A program made the position numbers and the translations under genes. Source: Felis catus (lineage: Eukaryota). Taken from it: a DNA stretch of 64,000 nt. The notes beneath the pieces were generated by a model, which saw only the letters and a program-made list of their open reading frames with translations, did not search any database and was not told where the DNA came from. Below, one piece after another: positions 62,629-64,000 of this stretch. The DNA is taken from positions 190,528,001 through 190,592,000 of the forward strand of contig NC_058368.1 of assembly GCF_018350175.1 (NCBI RefSeq), written 5' to 3'. The first letter of the stretch is position 1; each line of letters opens with the position of its first letter.

Positions 62629-63143
62629 TGTATGAGGTTTCTCCAGAGACCAATAGGATATATCCAAATCCATATACGTATACATATATTGAGAGAGTAA
62701 GAGATAGGTTGATCAACTGATTGATTTATTGTAAGAATTGGGTCATGGGAGGCTGAGAAGTCCCGTGACCTGCCCTACAAGCTAGAGAGGAGCAAACCCA
62801 GTGGTGTAATTCAGTCTGAGTAAAAACATCTGAGAATTGAGGGGCCAAAGCTATAAATCCTGATCTGAGTCCCAAAGCCTGAGAACCAGGAGTGCAGAGG
62901 TCTGAGAGCTGGAGAAGACCGATGTCAGAGAGTAAATTCATCGTTCCTCTGCTTTTTTTGCTTTCAGGCCAGCAACAGATTGGATGGTGCTCACCTGAAT
63001 TGGTGAGGGTGATTTTCTTCTACTTAGTCTACTGATTCAGTTGCTAGTCTGTTCCATAGACATCCTCACAGACAAACTCAGAAATATTTTATCAGCTATG
63101 TGGGCATCCCCAGTGAAGATGACACATAAAATTGACTATCACA
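62629..63143 (-). mobile_element. ERVL solo LTR (MLT2-like) inserted into a MIR fragment
   Basis: TG...CA termini, 'ttctccagagaccaatagga', 'ggaggctgagaagtccc', 'gacacataaaattgactatcaca'; 5-bp TSD cacag (62624-62628 / 63144-63148). Confidence 0.9.
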
Positions 63144-63716
63144 CACAGCTAGTTAACTCTTGGGCTGAAAATGGATTCCGTTCACCCTCTTTTTTTTTCT
63201 TTCGCCCCCAAAAAACTATTAATTATAATTTTCCTCTAATTTAACAGGCAAAAAGAAATGAAAGTGCAATTAAAGTTAATAACTTTTAGATAAACATTTC
63301 TTTCTCGTAAAATGTGTAATGAGGATAATAATGTACCTTATAGGTCTGCTGCATGGGATCCATGACGTGCATATTAAGCAGGTTGATCAATGCCTATTTC
63401 ATAAAAGGATGGGAGCTGCCTATGATGATGCCAATGTAAAAGTCTAATAAAGTGTGCAAAAAGCAGCTTTACTTTTGTGACAAGATTATAAATCTTGGAA
63501 AGGAGGCACCATGTCTTATTCATACTGGGTTCCTGATATTCAGTACAGTGGTTCCCATGCAGATCTCTATCATTGTTATGAGTGTTGAATGTTGAGAAAA
63601 AAGAGGTAAAATATTGAACAGTTTGCATTCATTCTCTTTTAAACGTCATGACTAAATTATACCCGGTACTTATTAATTTGTGTCCTTCTCTCAAACTATG
63701 AGTAGTTACTTTTATT

Positions 63717-63942
63717 TTTAAATGTTTTCTGTGTTTTCTTTTTAACATTTATTTTTGAGAGAGCAAGACAGAGCATGAGTGGACAAGGGGCAGAGAGAGA
63801 GAGGGGGGACACAGAATCCAAAGCAGGCTCCAGGCTCTGAGCTGTCAGTACAGAGCCTGACACGGGGCTCGAACTCACAGACTGCAAGATCATGACCTGA
63901 GCCAAAGTCAGACGCCTAACCAACTGAACCACCCAGGCACCC
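63717..63942 (-). mobile_element. CanSINE
   Basis: Typical antisense body; perfect 16-bp TSD agtagttacttttatt (63701-63716 / 63943-63958). Confidence 0.97.
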
Positions 63943-63958
63943 AGTAGTTACTTTTATT

Positions 63959-64000
63959 ATTAAATGTGTATTTATTTTGCGCGCGCGCGCGCGCGAGAGA
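63959..64000 (-). mobile_element. Probable tail of another CanSINE running off the window end
   Basis: 'aatgtgtatttattttg' followed by (GC)n(GA)n parallels the 'aatgtttatttattttgagagaga' tail of other copies; only about 40 bp visible. Confidence 0.55.

Overview
Mammalian nuclear DNA from a carnivore, almost certainly a cat-family (felid) genome. It carries about 25 tRNA-derived CanSINEs, including three copies of the young felid type, plus carnivore and felid LINE-1 copies. I find no protein-coding exon, RNA gene, CpG-island promoter or prokaryote-type system. The provided ORFs are decayed L1 ORF2 fragments, SINE/microsatellite translations or chance frames. Most of the window is interspersed repeat: a roughly 24 kb nest of minus-strand L1s (about 11.8-35.4 kb), MaLR/ERVL solo LTRs, hAT and Tigger DNA-transposon fossils, L2 and MIR. 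The strong minus-strand L1 bias suggests, by inference only, an intron of a plus-strand gene. The most unusual directly visible features are: two short near-identical local templated copies (a 117 bp direct copy inserted into a Charlie fossil and an 82 bp inverted copy of part of an LTR), a perfect fold-back hairpin in an L2 tail, and two L1 copies whose intact 5' end is fused to a distal part of the element. I do not see evidence for a new biological system. Repeat subfamily names come from recalled consensus sequences and boundaries of old repeats are approximate.
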